From: an uncultured beta proteobacterium
Lineage (GTDB): Bacteria; Pseudomonadota; Gammaproteobacteria; Burkholderiales; Casimicrobiaceae
Length of the DNA: 64,000 nt
Assembly: GCA_963765065.1 (NCBI GenBank)
Contig: CAVXVH010000009.1
Location: 6,279-70,278 of the forward strand
Direction: 5' to 3'
Positions within the stretch are counted from its first letter, which is position 1, and the number at the start of each line of letters is the position of its first letter. Of this stretch, positions 1 through 7,281 are shown one piece after another. Under the pieces are notes generated by a model. It was not told where the DNA came from and ran no database searches. It saw only the letters and a program-made list of their open reading frames with translations. The position numbers were made by a program, and so were the translations under genes.

Positions 1-50
1 TGCTTTCGAAGATTCGCCTCGGCCTCTCCACGATCCCATTCGAAACGCGT
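1..50 (-). CDS. brnT: BrnT family toxin, 5' part only (runs off the window); start codon reads ACG instead of ATG
   Basis: Minus strand translates (T)RFEWDRGEAEANLRK; positions 1-85 align gaplessly to 2833-2917 with 9 mismatches. Confidence 0.7.
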
Positions 51-81
51 ACAGCGAATTCCTGGCGCCGAATACGGCGAG

Positions 82-172
82 GTCTGACGATCGCGCTAAG
101 CGGCGCCCCGCCGGGATGCTGGCAAAGAACGACCCCGCTTCTCGGCGCGGCCACTTGAGCGAGAGGTTAGCC
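82..172 (-). mobile_element. Integron attC-like recombination site
   Basis: Minus strand: GGCTAAC-5nt-GCTCAAGT...GCTTAGC-6nt-GTCAGAC, i.e. R''-L''...L'-R' layout; antitoxin stop codon lies within L'. Confidence 0.8.
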
Positions 173-461
173 CCCGCTCTTTTACCAACCGGATCTCCAC
201 CCGGTAGCCCAGTGCCTGTGCGTACCTCTGTAGCGTTGCCACGGACGGGGAGTGGCTGCTGGTCGGCGACTCAAGGCGGGCGATAGCGGACTGGGTCGTC
301 CCCGCCCGGGCGGCTACTTCCGCCTGGGTCAGGCCCGCCTCGGTGCGTGCCTTCAGCACTTCATCGAGGAAGGCGAACTCGCCGGCCAGCTCATCGTAGG
401 CCTTCTTTACTTCTGCCCGCGCCAATGCGCGGGCTTTGAATTGCTTAAGAGTGCTCGGCAT
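96..461 (-). CDS. XRE/HigA-like HTH antitoxin
   Basis: LTQAEVAARAGTTQSAIARLE HTH, PSVATLQRYAQALG; overlaps upstream toxin; C-terminal tail translated through attC. Confidence 0.85.
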   Translation of the reverse strand: MPSTLKQFKARALARAEVKKAYDELAGEFAFLDEVLKARTEAGLTQAEVAARAGTTQSAIARLESPTSSHSPSVATLQRYAQALGYRVEIRLVKERGLTSRSSGRAEKRGRSLPASRRGAA

Positions 462-780
462 CCTTGACTTCCTTCATCCTTCGGCGGGCGATCTCCGATT
501 CCTTCGGAGGGGTTTTCTGGGACTTCTTCACGAACTGGTGCAGCACCACGATCCGGTGTCCGCTAAGCGTGCAATAGAACACGCGGCCGATCCCCTCTGC
601 TGCCTTCAGGCGCAACTCGAACAATCCGCTCTTCATGGCCCGGGTGTGCGGCATGCCGAGGTCAGGACCGAAGACCTCCATTCGTTCAGCGTAGCGGATG
701 AACCTCGCGACGATCCCCGCCGGGAGCGCGAGAATTTCGTTCTCGATCGCTGAACTGTAGAACGTGACCCGCCAGCTCAT
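445..780 (-). CDS. RelE/ParE-superfamily toxin (Gp49/HigB-like)
   Basis: GPDLGMPHTRAM..GLFELRLK...RVFYC...IVVLHQFVKKSQKTP motif; toxin-first order with XRE antitoxin. Confidence 0.85.
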   Translation of the reverse strand: MSWRVTFYSSAIENEILALPAGIVARFIRYAERMEVFGPDLGMPHTRAMKSGLFELRLKAAEGIGRVFYCTLSGHRIVVLHQFVKKSQKTPPKESEIARRRMKEVKDAEHS

Positions 781-787
781 GACCGCA

Positions 788-807
788 GTATAGCATAACC
801 GCTATAC
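788..807. promoter_or_regulatory. Palindromic operator of the TA cassette
   Basis: GTATAGC-N6-GCTATAC perfect inverted repeat 8 bp upstream of the toxin ATG. Confidence 0.6.
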
Positions 808-826
808 CTGCCAAGCTGGACGCGGG

Positions 827-916
827 GTCTAACGCGGAAGGCGAGCGGCGCGCTACCGCGACTTCAGCAAAGCGGAAGCCATCAAACGGCGCGTCCGCTC
901 GACAGAGCTGTCAGGC
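827..916 (-). mobile_element. Integron attC-like recombination site
   Basis: Minus strand: GCCTGAC-5nt-TGTCGAGC-GGACGCG...CGCGCC-GCTCGCC-6nt-GTTAGAC; antitoxin TGA stop lies inside R'', as is typical for cassettes. Confidence 0.85.
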
Positions 917-1165
917 AGCTTCCTCATGCGACCACCCTGGAAAGACCAATACTCCTGGATGACACTTCAACGCTCGAGCAAGCACCTTCGCGCGCTCGAC
1001 GCCCAGGCGCACTCGGCCGTTCTCGATCGCGGAGATCGTGGCTTGAGGGATACCCGACATCTCGGACAGCTGGTTCTGGCTCATTTCCTGCAGCTCGCGA
1101 AGAATGCGGACCGACTCTCCAACGCTTACGGTCGCTCGCTTCTTGGCGCGGTGATAGTCCTTCAT
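911..1165 (-). CDS. XRE/HigA-like HTH antitoxin (84 aa)
   Basis: MKDY...MSQNQLSEMSGIPQATISAIENG HTH; TGATG coupling to toxin stop at 1165. Confidence 0.85.
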   Translation of the reverse strand: MKDYHRAKKRATVSVGESVRILRELQEMSQNQLSEMSGIPQATISAIENGRVRLGVERAKVLARALKCHPGVLVFPGWSHEEAA

Positions 1166-1446
1166 CAGGGCCTCCGATAGTCGTGGGCGGTGACTGACTC
1201 GACCTGGAACAGGCTCTCGTCCGCCACAACGCGATAGATGACGCGCCATTGGTCTCCCAAACGGGAAGAACGGTAGCCTTTCCACTCTCCAGCCAAAGCC
1301 TCGTCGCGAAAGCCCTTGATGAGCCGGAGCCCCTTTGGGCCGGACATCGAGGCGATGTCCTTCCACTTCTCGTAGCGCTTCAGAATTTCAAGAGGGGCGC
1401 CAGCGGCTTGCTTGTCCACACGCCGATGCTCCTCGATGCTCCACAT
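1165..1446 (-). CDS. RelE-superfamily mRNA interferase toxin (HigB/YoeB-like)
   Basis: GFRDEALAGEWKGYRSSRLGDQWRVIYRV motif. Confidence 0.85.
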   Translation of the reverse strand: MWSIEEHRRVDKQAAGAPLEILKRYEKWKDIASMSGPKGLRLIKGFRDEALAGEWKGYRSSRLGDQWRVIYRVVADESLFQVESVTAHDYRRP

Positions 1447-1451
1447 GGCAT

Positions 1452-1481
1452 ATTGTGTCTATGTCATATATGGTATGTCAA
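1452..1481 (-). promoter_or_regulatory. Sigma70-type promoter/operator of the TA cassette
   Basis: TTGACA at 1481-1476, CACAAT 18 bp downstream; TGACATA direct repeats at 1474-1480 and 1460-1466; AT-rich island. Confidence 0.55.
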
Positions 1482-1505
1482 GGCACAGTGCTCCCCTGAC
1501 TCTGC

Positions 1506-1637
1506 CTACCGCGATGCAGGCAACCGCCCCGCAATCTTCGCCACCAGCCGTCGTGCCAACGCGAGTTTCCCCACCCGTGGCAGCGGTTGTCCACCCGCAT
1601 CGTCGAGAATGCGGATGTCGATTTCGGGGGCCGCCAT
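1506..1637 (-). pseudogene. Diverged duplicate of the coaBC 3' end (43-codon ORF)
   Basis: PLPRVGKLALARRLVAKIAGRLPASR vs CoaBC PLPRMGKLALARRLVAEIAGRLPTSH; 1506-1586 vs 3065-3145 has 12 mismatches in 81 nt. Confidence 0.85.
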
Positions 1638-1644
1638 GGTTCGA

Positions 1645-1842
1645 TCAGGCCGCGACGCGCACGAAGTCGAATGTCGATAGGTCGGCACGCTGTGATGCGT
1701 GCTCGATCGTGATCGCGCAGATGCGCCCCGCGGCATCGACTTCCACGAGTGTGTCATCGTCGACATCGCGCGTCTCCACCGTTGGCGACGGCCGCAACTC
1801 GATCCAGAGTGTATCGGTGTCGGTGAAGTAGCGGATCTTCAT
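1645..1842 (-). CDS. DUF2283-family putative antitoxin (orphan)
   Basis: MKIRYFTDTDTLWIEL...VEVDAAGRICAITIEHAS pattern. Confidence 0.75.
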   Translation of the reverse strand: MKIRYFTDTDTLWIELRPSPTVETRDVDDDTLVEVDAAGRICAITIEHASQRADLSTFDFVRVAA

Positions 1843-1846
1843 GAAG

Positions 1847-2053
1847 CTACGCATTCACGGTTACTTGAAATGTCGTGACCAATGGCTGGCCAATCCGCGT
1901 CAACGGAAGCTCCTCGACATAGAGTTCGGTGGCTTCACGGAGATTGGCAAGCGCTCGCTCGACCGACTCGCCTTGGGGCGACGTGCCGGTCTCGGGATTC
2001 AGCGCCGTGTAACCACCCGACGGGGCGGGAATGAGTACGGCAGTGAGTAGCAT
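1847..2053 (-). CDS. hicB: HicB-family antitoxin (orphan, no hicA)
   Basis: GGYTALNPETGTSPQGESVERALANLREATELY motif. Confidence 0.8.
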   Translation of the reverse strand: MLLTAVLIPAPSGGYTALNPETGTSPQGESVERALANLREATELYVEELPLTRIGQPLVTTFQVTVNA

Positions 2054-2133
2054 GGTTACCCCACCCGTTGAGGCAACGTGAGACTCGTCGCGGGTTCTGG
2101 CATGACCTTCCGACATTTCATCGGCTTCTGACA

Positions 2134-2280
2134 TCAGGCCGCTCGCTTGGTGCGGCGAGAGCCGTGCCTGGCGACGTAGTCCCGCAACACGCCGTCCATA
2201 CGCGCCTGCCAGCCTTCGCCGGTGCTCCTGAAGTAGGCCATCGCGAGAACGCGTTTCGTCCTAAGCGTAGTTCTGGGCAT
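2134..2280 (-). pseudogene. BrnA-antitoxin C-terminal remnant
   Basis: AYFRSTGEGWQARMDGVLRDYV matches the BrnA C-terminal G-x-GWQ-x-R motif; N-terminus degenerate. Confidence 0.6.
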
Positions 2281-2350
2281 AGTGCTTGACCTCTCGGCGC
2301 TCGGCATCCGGATCGTCAAGTACAACCGCTGCAACGAGTTGCCTCGTGCT

Positions 2351-2418
2351 GACTATCGACTAGGCCGAGCGGCGCACGGCAGTCTTTGCAGTGCGTCCGC
2401 TCGAGCGTGTTGTTGGAC
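2351..2418 (-). mobile_element. attC-like site with degenerate R'
   Basis: Minus strand: GTCCAAC-5nt-GCTCGAGC-GGACGCAC...GTGCGCC-GCTCGGC-6nt-GATAGTC. Confidence 0.65.
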
Positions 2419-2623
2419 GTCGTGCCGACTGTCCGGCCTTGAGCACAAGCCGCAGGGCCTCGTTGACCGCCGCAGATGTCGGGAACGCCTTCGCTACGTC
2501 CGGCTCAAGAACGACAACGTTTGAACCGTCGTTCGTCAGCCGTTTCGCGTACTTGCCCCGAACGCCCTTGGAAAAGTCATACTCAGCACGCAGGTCACTG
2601 ACTACGGGAGTCTTTGCTTTCAT
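2360..2623 (-). CDS. Putative antitoxin partner of BrnT
   Basis: EYDFSKGVRGKY...VVLEPDVAKAFPTSAAVNEALR; overlaps the brnT 3' end; tail runs through attC. Confidence 0.75.
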   Translation of the reverse strand: MKAKTPVVSDLRAEYDFSKGVRGKYAKRLTNDGSNVVVLEPDVAKAFPTSAAVNEALRLVLKAGQSARRPTTRSSGRTAKTAVRRSA

Positions 2624-2882
2624 ATCGTTTGCGCTCAGCGGCGCTGGCAAGTCTTGCAGTCATGATCCGTAGAGTGTTGCCCCGTTCCGTATGCGCCACC
2701 ACTACGAGGCGCCCCATTGTCGAGACGCCCATCGTGACAAAGCGACGCTCCGCGATGGAGTGGTCCGGGTCCGGGATCGTGACCGACAGTGTGTCGAAGA
2801 AGACAGTCGCCGCCTCGTCGAACGAGACACGATGCATTCGAAGATTCGCCTCGGCCTTCCCACGATCCCATTCGAAACGCAT
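2595..2882 (-). CDS. brnT: BrnT family toxin
   Basis: MRFEWDRGKAEANLRMHRVSFDEAATVF...DPDHS..ERRF..MG...R..TARLA..ERKRYE. Confidence 0.9.
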   Translation of the reverse strand: MRFEWDRGKAEANLRMHRVSFDEAATVFFDTLSVTIPDPDHSIAERRFVTMGVSTMGRLVVVAHTERGNTLRIMTARLASAAERKRYESKDSRSQ

Positions 2883-2959
2883 ACATCGAAACCCTTGCGC
2901 GGAATACGGCGAGGTCTATTGAGTCTCGTTTAAGTCGTTGAGAGCGGCAACGCACCGTC

Positions 2960-3033
2960 GTCGCTCGCGCGAAGGCGGGAGTCCAGTGTCGTTTGCTCGG
3001 GAGTCACTGGGTCCCCGCTTGCGCGGGGACGAC
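2960..3033. repeat. dRS3/REP-like palindrome doublet
   Basis: GCGCGAAGGCGGGAGTCCAG...CTGGGTCCCCGCTTGCGCGGGGACGAC; same family at 6 other loci. Confidence 0.8.
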
Positions 3034-3064
3034 GGGAGGATGTCAGGCACTTGCACGAGCCTCG

Positions 3065-4268
3065 TTAATGCGATGTAGGCAGCCGCCCCGCAATCTCCGC
3101 CACCAGCCGCCGCGCCAGCGCGAGCTTCCCCATCCGCGGCAGCGGGTGCGCACCATGCGCATCGATCAGCGTCACCTCGTTGTCGTCCGCGCCGAGCGCG
3201 TCCTGCGCGCGGTTGGCCACGATCAGCGGCAGCTTCTTGCGCTTGCGCTTGTCCTCGGCGTGCGCGACGACGTCGTGGCTCTCGGCGGCAAAGCCGACGC
3301 AATAGGGAGGCTTCGGCAGCGCGGCGACGGTGGCGAGGATGTCGACCGTCGGCTCGAGCGCGATCGACAGCGGCGCGCCGCTCTTCTTGATCTTCCTCTC
3401 GGACACCTTCGCCGGCGTGTAGTCGGCCACCGCCGCGACGGCGACGAACATGTCGGGAATCGTCACGCGCGCGAGCACCGCATCGGCCATCTCGCGGGCG
3501 CTCTTCACATCGACACGCGTCGTGCCCGCGGGAGTCGCAAGCGACGATGGGCCCGCGACCAGCGTCACCGCAGCGCCAGCCTCTGCGGCAGCCTGCGCGA
3601 CCGCAAAGCCCATCTTTCCCGAGCTGGAGTTGGTGATGCCGCGCACCGGATCGATCGGCTCGAACGTCGGTCCCGCGGTGACCAGCACGCGCTTGCCGGC
3701 GAGCAGCTTCGGCTGCCGCGCCGCGACAAGCGCGGCGAAGATCTCCTCGGGCTCGAGCATGCGCCCGTCACCGGTCTCGTTGCAGGCGAGTTCGCCGCTG
3801 CCGGGGCCGAGGATCGCGACGCCGTCGGCGCGAAGCTGCGCGACGTTGCGTTGCGTGGCGCGGGTTGCGCCACATCTCGACGTTCATCGCCGGCGCGACG
3901 AGCAGCGGGCAGTCGCGCGCGAGGCAGAGCGTGGAGAGAAGGTCGTCGGCGTGGCCGTGCGCGAGCTTGGCGAGGAAGTCCGCCGACGCAGGCGCGACGA
4001 CGATCGCGGCGGCACCGCGCGAGACGCCGATGTGGCCCATCGCGTTGTCGGCGCCGGTGGCCCACAGGTCCGTGAGCACGGCGCGACCGGACAGCGCCTG
4101 GAACGTGGTGGCGGTGACGAAGTGCTGTGCCGCGGCAGTCATCACCACGTCGACGTCGGCGCCGTCCTTGACCAGGAGGCGCGTCAACTCGGCGGTCTTG
4201 TACGCGGCGATGCCGCCGGTGACGCCGAGGACGTAGCGCGGACGTGGGGCGGTCGGGACGTCGTTCAT
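3065..4268 (-). CDS. coaBC: Bifunctional PPC decarboxylase/synthetase CoaBC (+1 frameshift near 3860, probable sequencing error)
   Basis: GVTGGIAAYK, APAMNVEMW, VTAGPTFEPIDPVRGITNSSSGKMG, VGFAAES motifs; the two ORFs join if one base is removed. Confidence 0.93.
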
Positions 4269-4390
4269 CGTGATCGTCCATGCGGCCGAGCGAGGCCGGG
4301 GATCGAGCGAGTTTACACTGGGCCGCATCGACTTTCCCTCGCACGACGACCTGCGTCGCCAGGGCGCGGCCGAGCGGCAGTTGTCACCGA

Positions 4391-5077
4391 ATGCGCACCA
4401 GCGAACCCGTGTCGACACGCGAAGCAACGTACGCGGAACGGCCGCACCGGCGGCTCGCGGCGCTCGGTCCCGCGGCCCTCACCGATGCCGAATTGCTGGC
4501 GGTCGTACTGGGCTCCGGCCCGCGCGGCGTATCCGCTCTGGAGGCCGCGCGATCCGCGCTGGACGGCCACGGTGGGCTGGCGGGGCTCGTGCTCGGGCCC
4601 AAGCCTTCCGGACCGCACGGGTTGGGGCCGGTCAGGCGCGCGCGGCTGCGCGCCAGCGTCGAGCTCGCACTGCGCGCCGCACGAGACGCGCTTGCGCGGG
4701 GCAGCGCGCTCACGTCACCCGAGGCCGTGCGCGACTACTTGCGCCTCGCTCTCGCGGCGCGCGAGAGCGAGGCGTTCGTGGGGCTGTTCCTCGACAGCCA
4801 GCATCGGCTGCTCGTCGCCGACGAGCTGTTCCGCGGCACGCTCGCGCAGACCAGCGTCTACCCGCGCGAGGTCGTCAAGGCCGCGTTGGCCTGCAACGCG
4901 GCGGCGGTGATCTTCGCCCACAACCACCCCTCGGGTGTCGCCGAGCCCTCGCGCGCCGACGAGCTCCTCACTGCATCGCTCAAGTCCGCCTTGGCGCTGA
5001 TCGACGTGCGCGTACTTGACCACTTCGTCGTGGCCGGGCCACAGGTCGTGTCCTTCGCCGAACGGGGATTGCTCTAG
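4391..5077 (+). CDS. radC: RadC/JAB-domain protein (start uncertain)
   Basis: ERP..RL...GPAALTDAELLA; VYPREVVKAAL; HNHPSGVAEPSRAD JAB motif. Confidence 0.93.
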   Translation: MRTSEPVSTREATYAERPHRRLAALGPAALTDAELLAVVLGSGPRGVSALEAARSALDGHGGLAGLVLGPKPSGPHGLGPVRRARLRASVELALRAARDALARGSALTSPEAVRDYLRLALAARESEAFVGLFLDSQHRLLVADELFRGTLAQTSVYPREVVKAALACNAAAVIFAHNHPSGVAEPSRADELLTASLKSALALIDVRVLDHFVVAGPQVVSFAERGLL

Positions 5078-5173
5078 CGAACTCCATCCGGCCGCCGAAT
5101 TGTTGCTTTGGATCAACGGCTTGCGGCGAGAGCAACGCCTGAGCGCGGGCATGCCGGCGGATCGCCCCGGCAA

Positions 5174-5202
5174 TTGCCCGGGTCGCGGAAAGCCGCTATA
5201 AT
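5174..5202 (+). promoter_or_regulatory. Sigma70 promoter of rpmB-rpmG
   Basis: TTGCCC-17bp-TATAAT. Confidence 0.6.
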
Positions 5203-5244
5203 TCAACGCTTTTCCGCAACAATCCCTATTCACAGGAGCGAGCC

Positions 5245-5481
5245 ATGGCTCGAGTCTGCCCGATCACCGGCAAGCGCCCCATCGTGGGCAATCGCGTTTC
5301 GCACGCGAACAACAAGACCAAGCGGCGCTTCATGCCGAACCTCCAGAACCGCCGCTTCTGGGTCGAGAGCGAGAACCGCTGGATTTCGCTGCGCCTCACC
5401 AACGCGGCGCTGCGCACGATCGACAAGAACGGCATCGACGCCGTGCTCGCCGACCTGCGCGCGCAGGGTCAGCACCTCTGA
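5245..5481 (+). CDS. rpmB: 50S ribosomal protein L28
   Basis: [32 protein letters not shown]. Confidence 0.97.
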   Translation: MARVCPITGKRPIVGNRVSHANNKTKRRFMPNLQNRRFWVESENRWISLRLTNAALRTIDKNGIDAVLADLRAQGQHL

Positions 5482-5506
5482 CACGCACTGACGGAGCAAC
5501 CAACCC

Positions 5507-5662
5507 ATGCGCGAAAAGATCAAGCTCGAGTCGTCGGCCGGCACCGGCCACTTCTACACGACGAACAAGAACAAGAAGACCACGCCGGACAAGCTGGTGA
5601 TGAAGAAGTACGACCCGGTGGCCCGCAAGCACGTCGATTACAAGGAAACCAAGCTCAAGTAG
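5507..5662 (+). CDS. rpmG: 50S ribosomal protein L33 (51 aa, not in ORF track)
   Basis: Manual translation [24 protein letters not shown]...[18 protein letters not shown]. Confidence 0.97.
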   Translation: MREKIKLESSAGTGHFYTTNKNKKTTPDKLVMKKYDPVARKHVDYKETKLK

Positions 5663-5703
5663 CCTGCGTTTCCTGCGGGGCTTCGCCTCGCGACGACGTC
5701 AAG

Positions 5704-5734
5704 CAAAAGGCCCGCCGGTGCGCGGGCCTTTTTG
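5704..5734. terminator. Intrinsic (bidirectional) terminator
   Basis: CAAAAGGCCCGC-loop-GCGGGCCTTTTTG. Confidence 0.8.
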
Positions 5735-5747
5735 TCGTCTGGAGAAC

Positions 5748-5955
5748 GGAACGACGTTGGGTTCCCGCTTTCGCGGGAACGACGAGGGTGCGGTCGCTGG
5801 AACGACGAGGGTGCGGTCGCTGGAACGACGCTGGGTTCCCACTTTCGCGGGAACGACGAGGGTGCGGTCGCTGGAACGACGCTGGATCCCCGCTTTCGCG
5901 GGGATGACGGCGAATTGGTTCGTCGTCGTTCCCGCGAAAGCGGGAACCCAGCGTC
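5748..5955. repeat. Tandem cluster of dRS3/REP-like palindromes (about 51-bp units)
   Basis: Repeated GTTCCCGCTTTCGCGGGAAC-GACGAGGGTGCGGTCGCTGGAACGAC plus a terminal inverted copy. Confidence 0.85.
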
Positions 5956-5963
5956 TCAGGCCG

Positions 5964-7175
5964 TCACGCGTAGCGCTTCAGCTGGAACGAGAAGCGCGCA
6001 AGCGCCTCGATGCCCGAGCCCTCGGCACGCCGGCACCAGTCCTGCAGACGGACCAGCAACTGCTCGGACGACTCGGTCGAGCGCGACCACAGTCCGGAGA
6101 GCTCCTCGCGCATCGCATAGACCTTGGCGAGCGGCGAGCTCGCGGCGAGCATCGCGGACAGGCGTGCACGCTCGGGCGCAGGAAGCGCCGCGGGTTCCGT
6201 GGCGAGCCAGCGGCGCAGTCGCGACACGCTGGGAATCTCGACGGGCTTGATCTCGCCGCGTTGCGCCCGCTCGCGCAGCTTGGCGAGCTCCGCACCCAGC
6301 AGCGCCTTCAGCTCGCGCCCGTAGCTCGTCGCCACCTCGTAGCGATGGGTGATCACCGCGTGCAGCGTGCCGAGGTCGGGGGTGGGCTTCGCGTTCGCCA
6401 GCTGGAGCTTCGGCGCGACCTTGCGTACCGTCGCGAGACGCAGCAAGGCGAGGATGCGGATGTACGCCCAGCCGAGGTCGAATTCCCACCAGCGCGACGA
6501 GAACTTGGCCGACGTTCCGTACGCGTGATGGTTGTTGTGCAGCTCCTCGCCGCCGACCAGGATGCCCCACGGGACGAGGTTGGTCGACGTGTCGGCCGAG
6601 GCGAAGTTGCGGTAGCCCCAGTAGTGACCGATGCCGTTGATCACGCCGGCGGCCCAGATCGGGATCCACATCATCTGCACCGCCCAGATCGTCATGCCGA
6701 GCGGGCCGAACAGCACGAGATTGACGGCGAGCATCAGCCCGACGCCCTGCCACGAAAAGCGCGTGTAGACGTTGCGCTCGAGCCAGTCGTCGGGCGTGCC
6801 GCGCCCGTACTTCTCAAGCGTCTCGAGGTTCTTCGATTCCGCCCGGTAGAGCTCCGCGCCCTGCCACATCACCTTGCTGATGCCGCGCGTCTGCGGGCTG
6901 TGCGGGTCGTCCTCGGTCTCGACCTTGGCGTGGTGCTTGCGGTGGATCGCCACCCACTCCTTGGTGACCATGCCGGTCGTGAGCCACAGCCAGAAGCGGA
7001 AGAAGTGGGAGACGACCGGGTGCAGGTCGAGCGCGCGGTGTGCCTGGGCGCGGTGCAGGAAGATCGTGACCGAGGCGATGGTGACGTGAGTGAGGGCGAG
7101 CGCCACCACGACGTAGCCCCACCAGGGCAAGTCGATCAGGCCGTGCGACAGCAGTGCAATCGGATCGTAACTCAT
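5964..7175 (-). CDS. desA: Acyl-CoA/fatty acid desaturase
   Basis: His boxes HRAQAH, HRKHH, ELHNNHH. Confidence 0.9.
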   Translation of the reverse strand: MSYDPIALLSHGLIDLPWWGYVVVALALTHVTIASVTIFLHRAQAHRALDLHPVVSHFFRFWLWLTTGMVTKEWVAIHRKHHAKVETEDDPHSPQTRGISKVMWQGAELYRAESKNLETLEKYGRGTPDDWLERNVYTRFSWQGVGLMLAVNLVLFGPLGMTIWAVQMMWIPIWAAGVINGIGHYWGYRNFASADTSTNLVPWGILVGGEELHNNHHAYGTSAKFSSRWWEFDLGWAYIRILALLRLATVRKVAPKLQLANAKPTPDLGTLHAVITHRYEVATSYGRELKALLGAELAKLRERAQRGEIKPVEIPSVSRLRRWLATEPAALPAPERARLSAMLAASSPLAKVYAMREELSGLWSRSTESSEQLLVRLQDWCRRAEGSGIEALARFSFQLKRYA

Positions 7176-7281
7176 TGATTTGTTGAAACTCTCCAGCAGA
7201 TGAGCGGCGGGGTCGCACGCGTTTGGGCAGCGGCCGGTGCCGCATTGTACGCGAGGGGTACCCCCGGCCGGGTGATGTGGA

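Noticed and set aside
2128-2175. Fourth attC after the BrnA remnant
   Set aside because: Only a GTCAGAA core-like heptamer and a short GC stem; no R''/L'' boxes.
2282-2524. Plus-strand ORF resembling a DUF559 tail (LGIRIVKYN)
   Set aside because: Similarity is a few residues only, and it overlaps attC and antitoxin sequence on the other strand.
5964-6400. Transposase in the desA C-terminal part
   Set aside because: This helical tail is a normal part of this desaturase family; there is no DDE context and no IS ends.
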